Notes: generated from the sequence alone by a model not told the origin. A DNA stretch of 64,000 bases from an uncultured Thermoplasmata archaeon (GCA_963768855.1 CAVYJM010000006.1:832001-896000); one strand, 5' to 3'. Positions 29,688-39,588 are shown, numbered from the stretch's first letter. Program-made: numbers and translations.

Positions 29688-30653
29688 ATGGCACGGGTCG
29701 AGGTCATCGCCTATTCTCCGACGGATTTCCTCGAGGAGACCGACGTAACGGTCGGTCACTGCCGCGAGCTCGTGGAGCGGTTCCCCGTCACCTGGGTCAA
29801 CATCGTCGACCCGGACGGTCGAACCCTCGCCGAGCTCGAGACCCTCTTCGGCTTCCATCCGCTGGCCCTCGAGGATTCCTCGAACACGGACCTCCCGCCC
29901 AAGGTCGAGACGTACGACGACGTGGTCTTCATCGTGGCCCGGACGATCGTCTGGGCGGAGGAGATCGAGACCGACCAGCTCTCCCTGTTCGTCGGGCCGC
30001 GGTTCGTCGTCACGATCCACGACAAGGCCTTCCCGCAGCTCGAGGACGTCCGCATCCGCCTCCGGAAGAAGAACCCCCGCCTCATCAAGGCGGCCGCCGA
30101 TTTCCTCGCGTACACGATTCTCGACGTGGTCGTCGACTCGTACTTCCCCCACCTCGACCGGTTCCAGGACATCCTGGACCGGCTGGAGGACCAGATCATC
30201 AAGAGCCCGAACGCCACCGCCATCGGCAAGATCCACGACATCCGCGTCGACCTGACCCTGATCCGCAACGCGCTGCGGCCGCAACGTGACATGTACGGGA
30301 CCCTGTACCGGACCGAGACGCCAACGTTCAAACGGGAGACGCGGAACTACCTCCGCGACGTCCAGGACCATATGATCCGCGTGCTGGACACCCTCGACAC
30401 GTACCGCGAGGTGTCGACGAGCCTCATGGAAGTCGGGGCGACCCTGCAGGCGAACCAGATGAACCAGGTGATCAAGGTCCTCACGGTCCTCTTCACGATC
30501 ACGATCCCGCTCACGATCGTCACGAGCGCGTTTGGCATGAACGTCGGGTTCCCGGGGTTCAACGCCCCGGAGGGGCTGTACTTCGCCCTCGGGCTCATGT
30601 TCGTCCCGACGATCGTCCTCACGTACTGGATGTGGCACAAGCGCTGGCTCTGA
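29688..30653 (+). CDS. corA: Magnesium/cobalt transporter CorA
   Basis: FHPLALED, PKVE, MNQVIKVLT, FGMN signature, two C-terminal TM helices. Confidence 0.92.
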   Translation: MARVEVIAYSPTDFLEETDVTVGHCRELVERFPVTWVNIVDPDGRTLAELETLFGFHPLALEDSSNTDLPPKVETYDDVVFIVARTIVWAEEIETDQLSLFVGPRFVVTIHDKAFPQLEDVRIRLRKKNPRLIKAAADFLAYTILDVVVDSYFPHLDRFQDILDRLEDQIIKSPNATAIGKIHDIRVDLTLIRNALRPQRDMYGTLYRTETPTFKRETRNYLRDVQDHMIRVLDTLDTYREVSTSLMEVGATLQANQMNQVIKVLTVLFTITIPLTIVTSAFGMNVGFPGFNAPEGLYFALGLMFVPTIVLTYWMWHKRWL

Positions 30654-30690
30654 ATTTCGGTAAGCCGAAATACTGCCGACTCGTTGTCCC

Positions 30691-31542
30691 GTGCGAGGGG
30701 ATCCGACGCCCTGGAAGTACACGGACGACTACTACCGTGAGTACACGCGGACGACCTGGAACGAGACCGCGGAACAGTGGACCCGCGTCATGCGGTTCCT
30801 CGAGCCGTACAGCTTCGACCTGATGAACAAGGCGGACGCCAAGGTCCGCGAGCGGATCCTGGATCTGGCCACGGGACCCGGAGAACCTGCGATGTCCCTC
30901 GCCCGCCTGGTCGGACCCGACGGGCACGTCACGGGCGTGGATCTCTCGGAAAAGATGATCGAGCTGGCCACACAGGTCGCGCGGGAGCGCCGTCTCGACA
31001 ACGCCGAGTTCCGCGTGATGGACGCGGAACATCTCGCGTTCCCGGATGAGAGCTTCGATGCGGTCGTGAGCCGGTTCGGATTCCAGATCTTCACGCAGCC
31101 CGAGGCCGTGGCGAAGGAGGCCTACCGGGTGCTGAAGCCGAACGGTCGGATCGCCCTGGCGGTGTGGAGCACGGCAGAGAGGGCCCCCGCCCTCCACGCC
31201 CTCATCGGCCCGATGCTCGAGCATGCCGAGCCGGACGAGACAGGCTACATCCCCACGCCCTACGAGCTGGGCGGCCCGGGAGAGATGGTTACGATGTTGA
31301 CCTCCGTCGGATTCCACGACCTCAAGGAGGAGCGCCGAAATCACCAGTGGGTCCTGGCGGACGAGAAGGAGTACCTGGACGCGATGCTGCACGGGACGCC
31401 GATGGGGCACTCGATCCGCGAGGAGGACCCGGCCACCCAGGAGAAGATCATCGCGAAGACCGTGCGGAACCTCCAGCCATGGCGCACGCGGCGAGGCTTC
31501 GAGATCCCCTGCGAGTGCGTCCTCGTGACGGGCCGGAAGTGA
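30691..31542 (+). CDS. Class I SAM-dependent methyltransferase (UbiE-like)
   Basis: ILDLATGPG, GVDLSEKM, DAEHLAFPDESFDAV. Confidence 0.85.
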   Translation: MRGDPTPWKYTDDYYREYTRTTWNETAEQWTRVMRFLEPYSFDLMNKADAKVRERILDLATGPGEPAMSLARLVGPDGHVTGVDLSEKMIELATQVARERRLDNAEFRVMDAEHLAFPDESFDAVVSRFGFQIFTQPEAVAKEAYRVLKPNGRIALAVWSTAERAPALHALIGPMLEHAEPDETGYIPTPYELGGPGEMVTMLTSVGFHDLKEERRNHQWVLADEKEYLDAMLHGTPMGHSIREEDPATQEKIIAKTVRNLQPWRTRRGFEIPCECVLVTGRK

Positions 31543-31551
31543 ACGACGGCC

Positions 31552-33276
31552 CTACTGGGCGACGACCAGGTTCGGGACGCCCTCCGAGGACCAGCCGCGG
31601 TACCGGTAGAACTCATCCCGCAGGTGGTGCCACGTGTCCCAGCCGACCTGGACCTGCTTCCCGTTCACGGTGACCTCCTCCTCGATCAGGCGGACCGGGA
31701 GGGTGTCCTTCTCCTTCGTGTGCCCGCGCTCGATGTCAAGCCAGCGCTCGAGGTCCGTGATGCCGCGCCCGATGCGACGCATTTCTTCCTCGGTGATTTC
31801 CTTCTCGAGGACCGCCTTGTACGCCGCCGGGGATTCCGTGAACACCATCGGCGTCACAAGGGTGCAGATGCCCGTCGAGTCGATGACCGCCGTCTCGTCG
31901 ATGAGGTCGGAGACCATCTTCGCCTTCCCCTGGGGGCCGACTCGCGCCTCGAGGCTCATCCCCAGTTCGACGTACACGGTCCAGCCCTTGTTGTGGCATC
32001 CGTGCCGGGGCCCGAAGACGTAGCAAAGGAACATGCCCCATGAGCCACGCGGGTCGTATGCGGGGAGCTCCATCCCGCACTGCTGGATCGCGAAGTCCGA
32101 GGAGCCGCCGTTGAACACTTGGCTCGCCCGGAGGGTGCCCTCTCCGAGGATCTCGCCGACTCCGCGGCGGTGCGCGATCGCCTCGATGAGCTCGAAGATC
32201 TTCTCGTTCGTCGTCCAGGTGTCCTTCGCGAGCCCGCGCTCGATGCACTCCCGGTAGAAGCCGAGGACGCTCCCCGTGGAGATCGTGTCGAGTCCGTACA
32301 GATCGCAGAGCTTGTTGGCGTGGACGATCAGCTCGGGGTCGTCGTTGAGAATCTGGGGACCGAAGGCCCACGCCGTCTCGTACTCGGGCCCGCGGCCCTT
32401 GTCCCCGTAGCGGGAGCTGTTCGTCCGGGTGCACCGGATCGCGCAGTCGAAGCAGGTCGTGTATCCGGTGAGGATGTTCTTCCACTTCGGGAAGTACAGG
32501 CTCTCGCCCTTCGACCACGTGACCTCCTGCCAGTTGTGGGTCGGCCACAGGTTCCCGTCGTTCACCTTGGGCGGGATCTCCATCGTGCCCTGCTCGTGGA
32601 AGTACCCGCTCCGCTCCTTGTTCCAGGCCTGGGTCTGCTTGTGGAATGCCTTCGTCGCGTCGGAGTCCAGGTTCGGGAGCTCCGCGGTCCCGAACACGGT
32701 CACGGCCTTCAGCTGCTTCGAGCCGAGGACCGCCCCGAGCCCGCCCCGGGCGGCCATCCGGTCCTCGAGCGCGACGCCCGCGAGCCGCACGCGGTTCTCG
32801 CCGGCCGGGCCGATGCACAAGGTCCGTCCGTGGTCCTTGAGGGCCTCCCGGGTCTCCTCCGTGTTCCGACCCCAGAGGTTCGACGCATCGAGGAGCTGCG
32901 CCTTGCCGTTCCGGATCTCGAGGAACGCCGGCTTGTCGCTCCTTCCGACGAGACGCACGACATCGAACGACGCCTTGCGCAGGGTGATGCCCCAGAATCC
33001 GCCCGCCGCGGCGCAGGAGTAGTAGCCGGTCAGCGGGGAGATGCTAACGACCCAGGTGCGGTTGCACGAGGCGATCGTCCCCTCGAAGGGCGACGTCACG
33101 AGGAACACGGGCGTCCGGGGATCGTACGGATCGTGGCGGAAGTCTTCCTCGCTGAGCAGCTTCGCACCCACGCCCCGCCCGCCGATGTAGCGTTCCCAGT
33201 ACTCGGGTCCCCGCTCCTCGCTCTCGATCTCGCCAGAGGCCAGGTCGACGCTGAGCATCCTCAGGTTCGGCTCCAC
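31552..33276 (-). CDS. aor: Aldehyde:ferredoxin oxidoreductase family (tungstopterin)
   Basis: YIGGRG, SPLTG, IGPAGEN, ARGGLGAVLGSK.LKA, CFDCAIRC, GPEYET, DLYGLDTIS, DSTGIC. Confidence 0.9.
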   Translation of the reverse strand: MEPNLRMLSVDLASGEIESEERGPEYWERYIGGRGVGAKLLSEEDFRHDPYDPRTPVFLVTSPFEGTIASCNRTWVVSISPLTGYYSCAAAGGFWGITLRKASFDVVRLVGRSDKPAFLEIRNGKAQLLDASNLWGRNTEETREALKDHGRTLCIGPAGENRVRLAGVALEDRMAARGGLGAVLGSKQLKAVTVFGTAELPNLDSDATKAFHKQTQAWNKERSGYFHEQGTMEIPPKVNDGNLWPTHNWQEVTWSKGESLYFPKWKNILTGYTTCFDCAIRCTRTNSSRYGDKGRGPEYETAWAFGPQILNDDPELIVHANKLCDLYGLDTISTGSVLGFYRECIERGLAKDTWTTNEKIFELIEAIAHRRGVGEILGEGTLRASQVFNGGSSDFAIQQCGMELPAYDPRGSWGMFLCYVFGPRHGCHNKGWTVYVELGMSLEARVGPQGKAKMVSDLIDETAVIDSTGICTLVTPMVFTESPAAYKAVLEKEITEEEMRRIGRGITDLERWLDIERGHTKEKDTLPVRLIEEEVTVNGKQVQVGWDTWHHLRDEFYRYRGWSSEGVPNLVVAQ

Positions 33277-33373
33277 GATACCGTTCCTCCCCTCCAGGAT
33301 GGCCGCGACCTTACATTACGATTTGGTACCTGCTTCCGGATGGTTTTTATGCCCCAGCGGGCTTCGAGCGGAC

Positions 33374-33652
33374 GTGCGCGTGTTCGTCCGGCTCATGGGC
33401 CCGTACAAACGTGCCGCGGGCGGGGTGGACGAGATCGCCCTGGATGTCGTCCGATCGGACCTGGGCGGGGTCCTGACCGCGATCCGCGCGCGTTTCCCCG
33501 AAGCGGGCCGGAAACTGGAGCCCAGCCCGGGCAAGATCGAGCCTGCGGTTCGCGTCGTGTTGAACGACGTGGTGCTCCAGGGGGCCACGACCTCCCAGGA
33601 GGTCCGCGAGGGCGACCGGGTCGCGTTCGTCCCCATCGTGGGCGGCGGCTGA
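33374..33652 (+). CDS. MoaD/ThiS (SAMP-like) ubiquitin-like sulfur carrier
   Basis: beta-grasp pattern ending GDRVAFVPIVGGG; divergent from aor. Confidence 0.88.
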   Translation: MRVFVRLMGPYKRAAGGVDEIALDVVRSDLGGVLTAIRARFPEAGRKLEPSPGKIEPAVRVVLNDVVLQGATTSQEVREGDRVAFVPIVGGG

Positions 33653-33706
33653 CCCGTTCCTCCCGTTCTCGCGGCTCGCGGGATTATGGGAAAGCTTCAA
33701 GTCAAA

Positions 33707-33726
33707 GTTACTATCTAAATAGTAAC
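33707..33726. promoter_or_regulatory. Inverted repeat GTTACTAT-CTAA-ATAGTAAC immediately before the cupredoxin ATG
   Basis: Perfect 8-bp arms with 4-nt spacer, AT-rich. Confidence 0.6.
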
Positions 33727-34248
33727 ATGACCACCGCAACCAAAGTCGCGCTGGCGTTCGTGATCGGGGCGATGGCCCTGGGACTGGTGTCCCTGACCGC
33801 CGTCCCCGCGAAGGCCGCGAGCGTCCCGTACGACCTCTATGGATCGTTGACCAGCGGCTGGGGCCTCACCAGCACCTCCGAGACAAACCCGGGTCCCATG
33901 CTCTCCGCGAACGCAGGCGACACGGTGACGATCACCCTCCACTCCACGGACGGGTTCGCGCACAAGCTCCTCATCGACTACAACGGGAACGGCGTCGCCG
34001 ACCCCGGGGAGCCGTTGTCCTCGGAGTTCACGACGACGACCACGCTGACCTTCGTCGCGAACCAGGCCGGGACGTTCCAGTACCTCTGCACGATCCACGG
34101 CAGCGCCATGGTGGGCAGCTTCACGGTTCAGGGAACCGGAACTCCGGCCCCGTCCGGCAACTCCGGCACCCTGCTGATCGTCGGGATCGTCCTGGGAGTC
34201 GTCGTGGTCGCTGGGGTGTCGGTCCTCGTGCTGCGCTCCCGCAACTGA
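33727..34248 (+). CDS. Membrane-anchored blue-copper (cupredoxin/plastocyanin-like) protein
   Basis: Signal peptide, H...YLCTIHGSAM type-1 Cu ligands, C-terminal TM anchor. Confidence 0.85.
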   Translation: MTTATKVALAFVIGAMALGLVSLTAVPAKAASVPYDLYGSLTSGWGLTSTSETNPGPMLSANAGDTVTITLHSTDGFAHKLLIDYNGNGVADPGEPLSSEFTTTTTLTFVANQAGTFQYLCTIHGSAMVGSFTVQGTGTPAPSGNSGTLLIVGIVLGVVVVAGVSVLVLRSRN

Positions 34249-34344
34249 TCCGGTTTCGCCCCCTTTGGCTGCGGGTCCAGACCCCGCGGCTCCCCTTTTT
34301 CCCTCCGGATCAGGTTCGGGGCCGCTGTCGAGTCCTCGGCGGGT

Positions 34345-35061
34345 TCAGCTTCGGTCCCTCACCTGGATCACGATCTCGCGGATGTCCGAGTTCGCGCCCT
34401 GATCGACGACGCTCTCCACGGCCTTCGCCACGTCGTCTGAGGTGAGAGCCCATTCCGCCTCGGGGGCTTTGAGGTCTTCCTCCCGCCCGCCGAACTCCGT
34501 GATCACGTAGCCGGGGGCGATGTACGCCACCTTGATCCCGAACGGATAGAGCTCCTCGCGCCAGCACTCGTTCATCCCCCGCAGGGCCCACTTCGTGCCG
34601 ACGTAGGCGGTGCCGCGGGCCACCCCCACCAGGCCGACCACGGACCCGATGTTCACGATCTGCCCCGACCTCTGCTTCTTCATCTGCGGGACGGCCGCCT
34701 TCGTGAACAGGAACGGCGCGAAGACGTTCGTGTCGAACTGCTCCTTGAACGAGTCCTCCGGGAACTCGTCCACCGGCGCGTACTTCCCGATTCCGGCGTT
34801 GTTCACGAGGACGTCCAGTCGATGCCAGGATGCCACGACCCCGTGCACCGCAGCGGATGAGAGCTTCGGGTCGCGGACGTCTCCGGCGAAGGTCATCGTC
34901 TCCCCGCCCTTCTCCTGGACTGCCTTGGCTACTTCCTCCAGCCGATCCGTTCGGCGCGCGACCAGACCGACTCGCATACCCTTCGCGCCAAGGCGCAGCG
35001 CGATCGCCCGTCCGATGCCGCTCGAAGCCCCCGTCACGAGCGCCGTGCGCGGTTCCGTCAT
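34345..35061 (-). CDS. Short-chain dehydrogenase/reductase
   Basis: TGASSGIG, NNAG, S...Y.GTK. Confidence 0.9.
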   Translation of the reverse strand: MTEPRTALVTGASSGIGRAIALRLGAKGMRVGLVARRTDRLEEVAKAVQEKGGETMTFAGDVRDPKLSSAAVHGVVASWHRLDVLVNNAGIGKYAPVDEFPEDSFKEQFDTNVFAPFLFTKAAVPQMKKQRSGQIVNIGSVVGLVGVARGTAYVGTKWALRGMNECWREELYPFGIKVAYIAPGYVITEFGGREEDLKAPEAEWALTSDDVAKAVESVVDQGANSDIREIVIQVRDRS

Positions 35062-35147
35062 CGAGGCGGGCAAGGCGTTCCCGCTTTATTGACTCTCGGC
35101 CGGCGGAAAGCGAAAGGGGTAAGTTCGACCGGAAGATGGAGTGGGGG

Positions 35148-36158
35148 ATGCGCGTCGCAGTCCTCGGCGCGGGTGCTATCGGCGGCGCGGTCGGCGCCCT
35201 CCTTGCCGAGAACGGGCATGACGTGACCCTCGTCGGGAGGTCCGAGCAGGTTCGCGCGATCCGGACCTCCGGTCTCCAGATCGAAGGTTGCCTCGGATCC
35301 TTCGGGGCGAAGGTCCGCGCCACGGAGGCGCTGGACACGCGTCCCGATCTCGCCCTGCTCGCGGTCAAGACGCAGGACGTGGAGGCCGCCGTGATGCAGA
35401 GCGCTCCGTTCCTGCGCGGCGTGCCGCTCGTCACCCTCCAGAACGGCGTGCGGAGCGACGAGATCGTGGCCCGTCTCCTCCCGCCCGACTCCCTCCTGAG
35501 CGCCGTGGTCCTGGTGACCGCCACGTACCTCGCGCCGGGCCGCGTGACCCTCGTCGAACGAGGGCATCTCCTCCTCGGTCGCCCTCGCGCCCCACATGAT
35601 GCGCTGGTCGACGAGATCGCCCCGATCCTGAGCGCGGCCGTGCCGACCTCGATCTCGGACAACCTCGTCGGGGCGCACTGGCTCAAACTCATCATGAACC
35701 TGAACAACGCCCTGCCCGCGTTGACGAACCGGCCGCTTCGGGAGCTGTCCGCGGATCCGTTCCTGCGGACGCTCGCGGTGCGCCTCATGCGTGAGGGAGT
35801 CCGCGTCGCGGATCGCGGCGGCGTCGCGTTGGAGCCCCTCGACGGCGTCTCGATTAGGGCGGTACGCCTGCTCACGCGCCTCCCCGCGCCTTGGGCCGGG
35901 CGGATGTTCGGCTCGAGGGTGGCTCGGCTCGGAGGCGAGTGGCCCATCCTGGGCTCAACCCTCCAGAGCCTCCGGCGCGGCCGGCCCACGGAGATCGACT
36001 ACCTCAACGGGGAGGTCGTGCGTCTAGGCGCCCAGCTCGGGGTCCCGACTCCGAACAACGCGCTCGTGGTGGAGCTCGTGCACGAGACGGAGCGCAGCGG
36101 ACGCTTCCCGACGGCGGACCGCCTTCGCGAGGTGCTCGGGGGAGCGCCCGCGGGCTGA
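35148..36158 (+). CDS. panE: Ketopantoate reductase (PanE/ApbA) family
   Basis: VLGAGAIG, AVKT, LQNG, W.KL.MN, S..QS..RGRPTEIDYLNG. Confidence 0.82.
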   Translation: MRVAVLGAGAIGGAVGALLAENGHDVTLVGRSEQVRAIRTSGLQIEGCLGSFGAKVRATEALDTRPDLALLAVKTQDVEAAVMQSAPFLRGVPLVTLQNGVRSDEIVARLLPPDSLLSAVVLVTATYLAPGRVTLVERGHLLLGRPRAPHDALVDEIAPILSAAVPTSISDNLVGAHWLKLIMNLNNALPALTNRPLRELSADPFLRTLAVRLMREGVRVADRGGVALEPLDGVSIRAVRLLTRLPAPWAGRMFGSRVARLGGEWPILGSTLQSLRRGRPTEIDYLNGEVVRLGAQLGVPTPNNALVVELVHETERSGRFPTADRLREVLGGAPAG

Positions 36159-36182
36159 TCCACCCCTGCCGGAGTGGCCCGT

Positions 36183-37607
36183 TCAGCTAGGTGTCTCGTG
36201 CCTCGCGATCGCCCAGACCTCTTTTCGGACGTCGCGGTCCAGAGGCGTCGGCTCGTGCTGGGTCAAGATCTCCCGTACCCGGGCCCGTGCGCGCTCCCGG
36301 ACGCGTTCCTCGGCCGGGTGGCCTTCGACGAATCCATCCCGCAGGAGGATGTTCGAGGACCACAGCGCCTCGCGGAAATGGAGGAGCGTGTGCTTCTCCT
36401 TCAGGTAGTTGCCCGCGGGGCCCACGCGTTCGAGCATATCCAGATGAATGGAGTCCGCGTCCACGCGGAAGGCGCGCATCACGCGCTGGATGTAGTCCAC
36501 GATCTCCGCGTCGAGGACGAGCTGCTCCACGCTCATCGTGTTGTCCGTGTCGAGCCCGCCGATTCCAGACACCGTGTCAGGACCCGCGAGAAGGGAGGCC
36601 ATGCCCGTGCCCATCTTCTCCACGCCGGCCTGGAAGCCGGGAGTGTCCGCGTCGCAGCCCAGCGAGGCGATGAGGGATGGGAGGTGATAGTGCCGGGCGA
36701 GCTCCGTGCCCGCCGCGCTGAGGACCGCCATCTCGGGCGAGCCCGCTCCGAACGATCCCGAGCGCATGTCGATTGGACCCGAGGCGATGCTCCAGAACAT
36801 CGGTGCCCCCGGGTTCGCGACCTCGGCGACGACCACGGAGGCGAGGATCTCTGCGTTGCTGACAACCAGGGCGCTCGCCAGGTCGACCGGGCTGCTCCCG
36901 CCAAGGAGGACCATGGACATCGGGGCGACCGGCACGCCGGCGTGGCCGAAGCGCATCATCGCCTCCGTCGAGCCCTCTTCGAGGACGAGCGGGCTGACGG
37001 GGCACTGGATCGACGAGATGATCGGACGGCGATGCAGCTCCTCGCGCCCGCCCACGATCTCCGCGGCCATGGAAATCATTCCCTCCGCCTCTTGCGCGGA
37101 GAGGGCCTCGTGCTGGATGTGCTTCGTCGTGTTCTCGAGGGCGGTGGCGGCCTCGACGAGGCCGTGGATTTCATTTGGGACGTCCCCGGCGACGGACATG
37201 GGCCACTGGTAGTCCAAGGGCTCGAGCGCGTCGCCCACGCGGGTGAGGTCCGCGAGGTCCCTCGTCGTGCTCGCGCGCCGCTCGCCCGTCTCGAAGTCCA
37301 GGACGTTCACGCCGCACCCGTCCGTCGAGACGTACGTGTGACCATCGGGCACGCGGATGTCCCGCTTTCCGTCGCGGGAGGCGAGGAGGATCTCGCGTGG
37401 AGCCTTCCGCAGGCTCTCGGCTAGAACGGCCTCGGGGATGCGGACCCGAGCGGTGTTCCCGACCGCGTGGGCGCCCGCCATCTGAAGGACCTTCCGTGCG
37501 GCTGTGCTATGGACGTCGACGCCGGTCTGAGCGAGCAGCGTTCGGGTTGCCCCGTTGATGGCATCGATGTCCGCCGCGTCCAGGACGCGCAGGCGTGGGA
37601 AGGCGAT
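36183..37607 (-). CDS. Trimethylamine methyltransferase (MttB) superfamily protein, no pyrrolysine; frame stays open upstream to 37775
   Basis: SPL, G.S.PV.LA.ALV..NAEIL, QAG.EK, GIGGL, S.EQLVLDAE, VGPAGNYL..KHT. Confidence 0.85.
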   Translation of the reverse strand: MAFPRLRVLDAADIDAINGATRTLLAQTGVDVHSTAARKVLQMAGAHAVGNTARVRIPEAVLAESLRKAPREILLASRDGKRDIRVPDGHTYVSTDGCGVNVLDFETGERRASTTRDLADLTRVGDALEPLDYQWPMSVAGDVPNEIHGLVEAATALENTTKHIQHEALSAQEAEGMISMAAEIVGGREELHRRPIISSIQCPVSPLVLEEGSTEAMMRFGHAGVPVAPMSMVLLGGSSPVDLASALVVSNAEILASVVVAEVANPGAPMFWSIASGPIDMRSGSFGAGSPEMAVLSAAGTELARHYHLPSLIASLGCDADTPGFQAGVEKMGTGMASLLAGPDTVSGIGGLDTDNTMSVEQLVLDAEIVDYIQRVMRAFRVDADSIHLDMLERVGPAGNYLKEKHTLLHFREALWSSNILLRDGFVEGHPAEERVRERARARVREILTQHEPTPLDRDVRKEVWAIARHETPS

Positions 37608-37856
37608 GAGATCACCCCGGACGGGAAGCCTTCGAGGGGGTTTCTCTTTTTCCGATATACCTCTCGGCGGAACGCAGGTCGGAACCGGGTCGTTAACCTG
37701 CCTATTCGCTCGATCGCCCGCCGGTTCAAGGTCGGCTGCCATGTCCCTGATCAGGATCGGGCCCAACGAGCTCAACGGGATTCCCGAGATGGATTGGTGG
37801 GACCGTCACTTTGAAAGAAGACACCGTCATCTGGGAGCGAGACGGTGGGGGACAAG

Positions 37857-38285
37857 ATGGCCAGCGCCAAGCGGACGACCGAATTGCTACGACTGTTCAG
37901 AGAGCGAGCGCCCATCGCTCGGTTGTTCGGAATGCAGCTCTCCTACAACGAGGATGGAGGCGCGGTTGTCGATCTTCCGTACAATCCGAACCTCGACCAT
38001 GCGCTCGGAGGCATCCACGGTGGCGTGTACGCGACGATGCTGGATACGGCCGGGTGGTTCACGGTGGCCGCGACGACGGACCGCTCCTGCTGGGTCGCCA
38101 CCTCTGAGTTCTCGGTCCATTTGCTCCAGCCCGTTCGGCGCAGCTCCCTCCGTTCCGTGGGTCGCCTCGTGAAGGTCGGAAAGCGACAGGCCATCGCAGA
38201 GATGCGCCTCGAAGACGGTGAAGGTCGCTTGGTCGGGCACGGGGTGGGCACGTTCATCATCCTACCGAACGTGCCGACGGCGTAG
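37857..38285 (+). CDS. PaaI family thioesterase (hotdog fold)
   Basis: GGIHGGVYATMLDTAG. Confidence 0.88.
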   Translation: MASAKRTTELLRLFRERAPIARLFGMQLSYNEDGGAVVDLPYNPNLDHALGGIHGGVYATMLDTAGWFTVAATTDRSCWVATSEFSVHLLQPVRRSSLRSVGRLVKVGKRQAIAEMRLEDGEGRLVGHGVGTFIILPNVPTA

Positions 38286-38459
38286 ACCCCCGCGCCCAGC
38301 AGCTCGGGGTCAAGGAGATGTTCGCCTCTCGGGCGATCATCACCGGAAGGCGTACTTTCGACATCGCCAGCGGCTCGCGCGGGCTGCAGGGTGGTCACGG
38401 GAGTTTCGGCCGACCGAGTCCGCACACCGTCGGGAGAAGGGAGAAACGACTGGCGCGGT

Positions 38460-39121
38460 CTAGCGCCCGCGTTTCACGGCAATGACGACGCTTCCGTCCG
38501 CAGCCGTTTCGATCGAAAGCACCTCGTGACCCAGGAGGCGTGCGAGAGCGGGTAGGTCCTCCTTGGCCGAGGGATCTCGCGCCACGACTTCCAGCACGTG
38601 ACCAACGGGAATGGCACTGACCTGGCGGCGGAACTCCTGGGGCAATCCGCTTCCGCAGCCCAAGTCTCCAGCATCGTAGTGGTGCTGGGGAAGTTCGCCA
38701 ACAGCACCACCCCTTGCTTCAGGGAGGAGAGCTTCGGAGCAGACGAGATCCATCGACTCGATTAACCCGTCACGAACATCGCAGAACGCGTGTTGCTCGA
38801 TGACCTCCGTCTCGCCGTCGGAATAGTGTTCCCGAAAGCGGTAGCTGATATGGACGCGGTCTGCCACGAGATAGATTTCCTTTTGGAGGAGCTGCATTCG
38901 GGTCGGCTCCGAGAACCAGACTTGTAGCTGGGCTGTGGCGGCTGCCGCTTCGTTGCGCTCCTTTATCCCGGATGGCACCAGGGCGCGAAACCGCACCTGA
39001 GGGTGAAAGCGGGCCTCGACGTGCTCAAAGTCACGATTCGCCAGCGCGGCAACGAAGGTCTCGCCGGCTGATTTCGCGTCTCTTCCGTCGCTGTCACGGG
39101 AGTGTCTTGCCTGGCCTCCAT
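38460..39121 (-). CDS. SnoaL/NTF2-like domain fused to a TusA/SirA-like domain; apparent 1-nt frameshift near the 5' end
   Basis: FVAALANRDFEHVEARFHPQVRFRAL upstream of the first in-frame GTG; C-terminal DAGDLGCG..L...LEVVARDPSAKEDLPALAR..GH; SD GAGGAGG precedes an out-of-frame ATG at 39121. Confidence 0.7.
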
Positions 39122-39138
39122 GTTCCCGTCCCTCCTCT

Positions 39139-39504
39139 CTATCCCAGGTTCACCGAGCTGGCTCCCGCCGCGAGTTCCTCGACGAGCTTGGCCGCGCCGA
39201 CGATCGTTGCGCCCTCCGCCAACAGTTCGTCCGTGATGCCTCGGGGCTTCGTGCAGGCCCCGCAGAGCCACACCTTGCCTCCAGCCGCGACGAAGTCAGA
39301 ATAGATCTTGGACAGGGGCGCCAGTCCGTGGGATTCGATTCCCTGCTTTCCGTCCTTCGTCCCGAGCCACACTCCCTCAATCGTGCAAAACACGATCGCT
39401 TCCTTGCCCGCGGTGGCAGCGACGTTGGCTGCGACGAAGGGAAGCGACGCGCGTTCCGGGTTGTCCTTTCCGTGGTTGCACATAAAGATCAGTTTGCTGG
39501 TCAT
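39139..39504 (-). CDS. DsrE/DsrF-like family protein
   Basis: NPERASLPFVAA..A, IEGV, WLCGAC.KPRGI. Confidence 0.85.
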   Translation of the reverse strand: MTSKLIFMCNHGKDNPERASLPFVAANVAATAGKEAIVFCTIEGVWLGTKDGKQGIESHGLAPLSKIYSDFVAAGGKVWLCGACTKPRGITDELLAEGATIVGAAKLVEELAAGASSVNLG

Positions 39505-39568
39505 GCTCCTTGACACCTATTCGCGCCCATCCTCCGCTCGTGCTTAAGTCCTCGGACAACGGAGTGCA

Positions 39569-39588
39569 GGTTTCGGGTGGCCGAAACC
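39569..39588. promoter_or_regulatory. Inverted repeat GGTTTCGG-GTGG-CCGAAACC between divergent TATA-like boxes
   Basis: Perfect 8-bp arms; CTTAAG at 39543 and TTAAAAA at 39590 flank it. Confidence 0.55.

Noticed and set aside
32119-33726. N-terminal 536 aa of the 709-aa ORF 32119-34248
   Set aside because: Overlaps aor on the opposite strand; only the part from ATG 33727 (cupredoxin) is credible
37630-37850. Riboswitch upstream of the MttB-family gene
   Set aside because: No recognisable cobalamin, SAM or glycine aptamer consensus; an Infernal/Rfam scan would be needed to exclude it
38996-39141. Amber read-through fusing dsrE to the SnoaL-TusA gene
   Set aside because: The dsrE TAG (39139-39141) is not in the downstream coding frame
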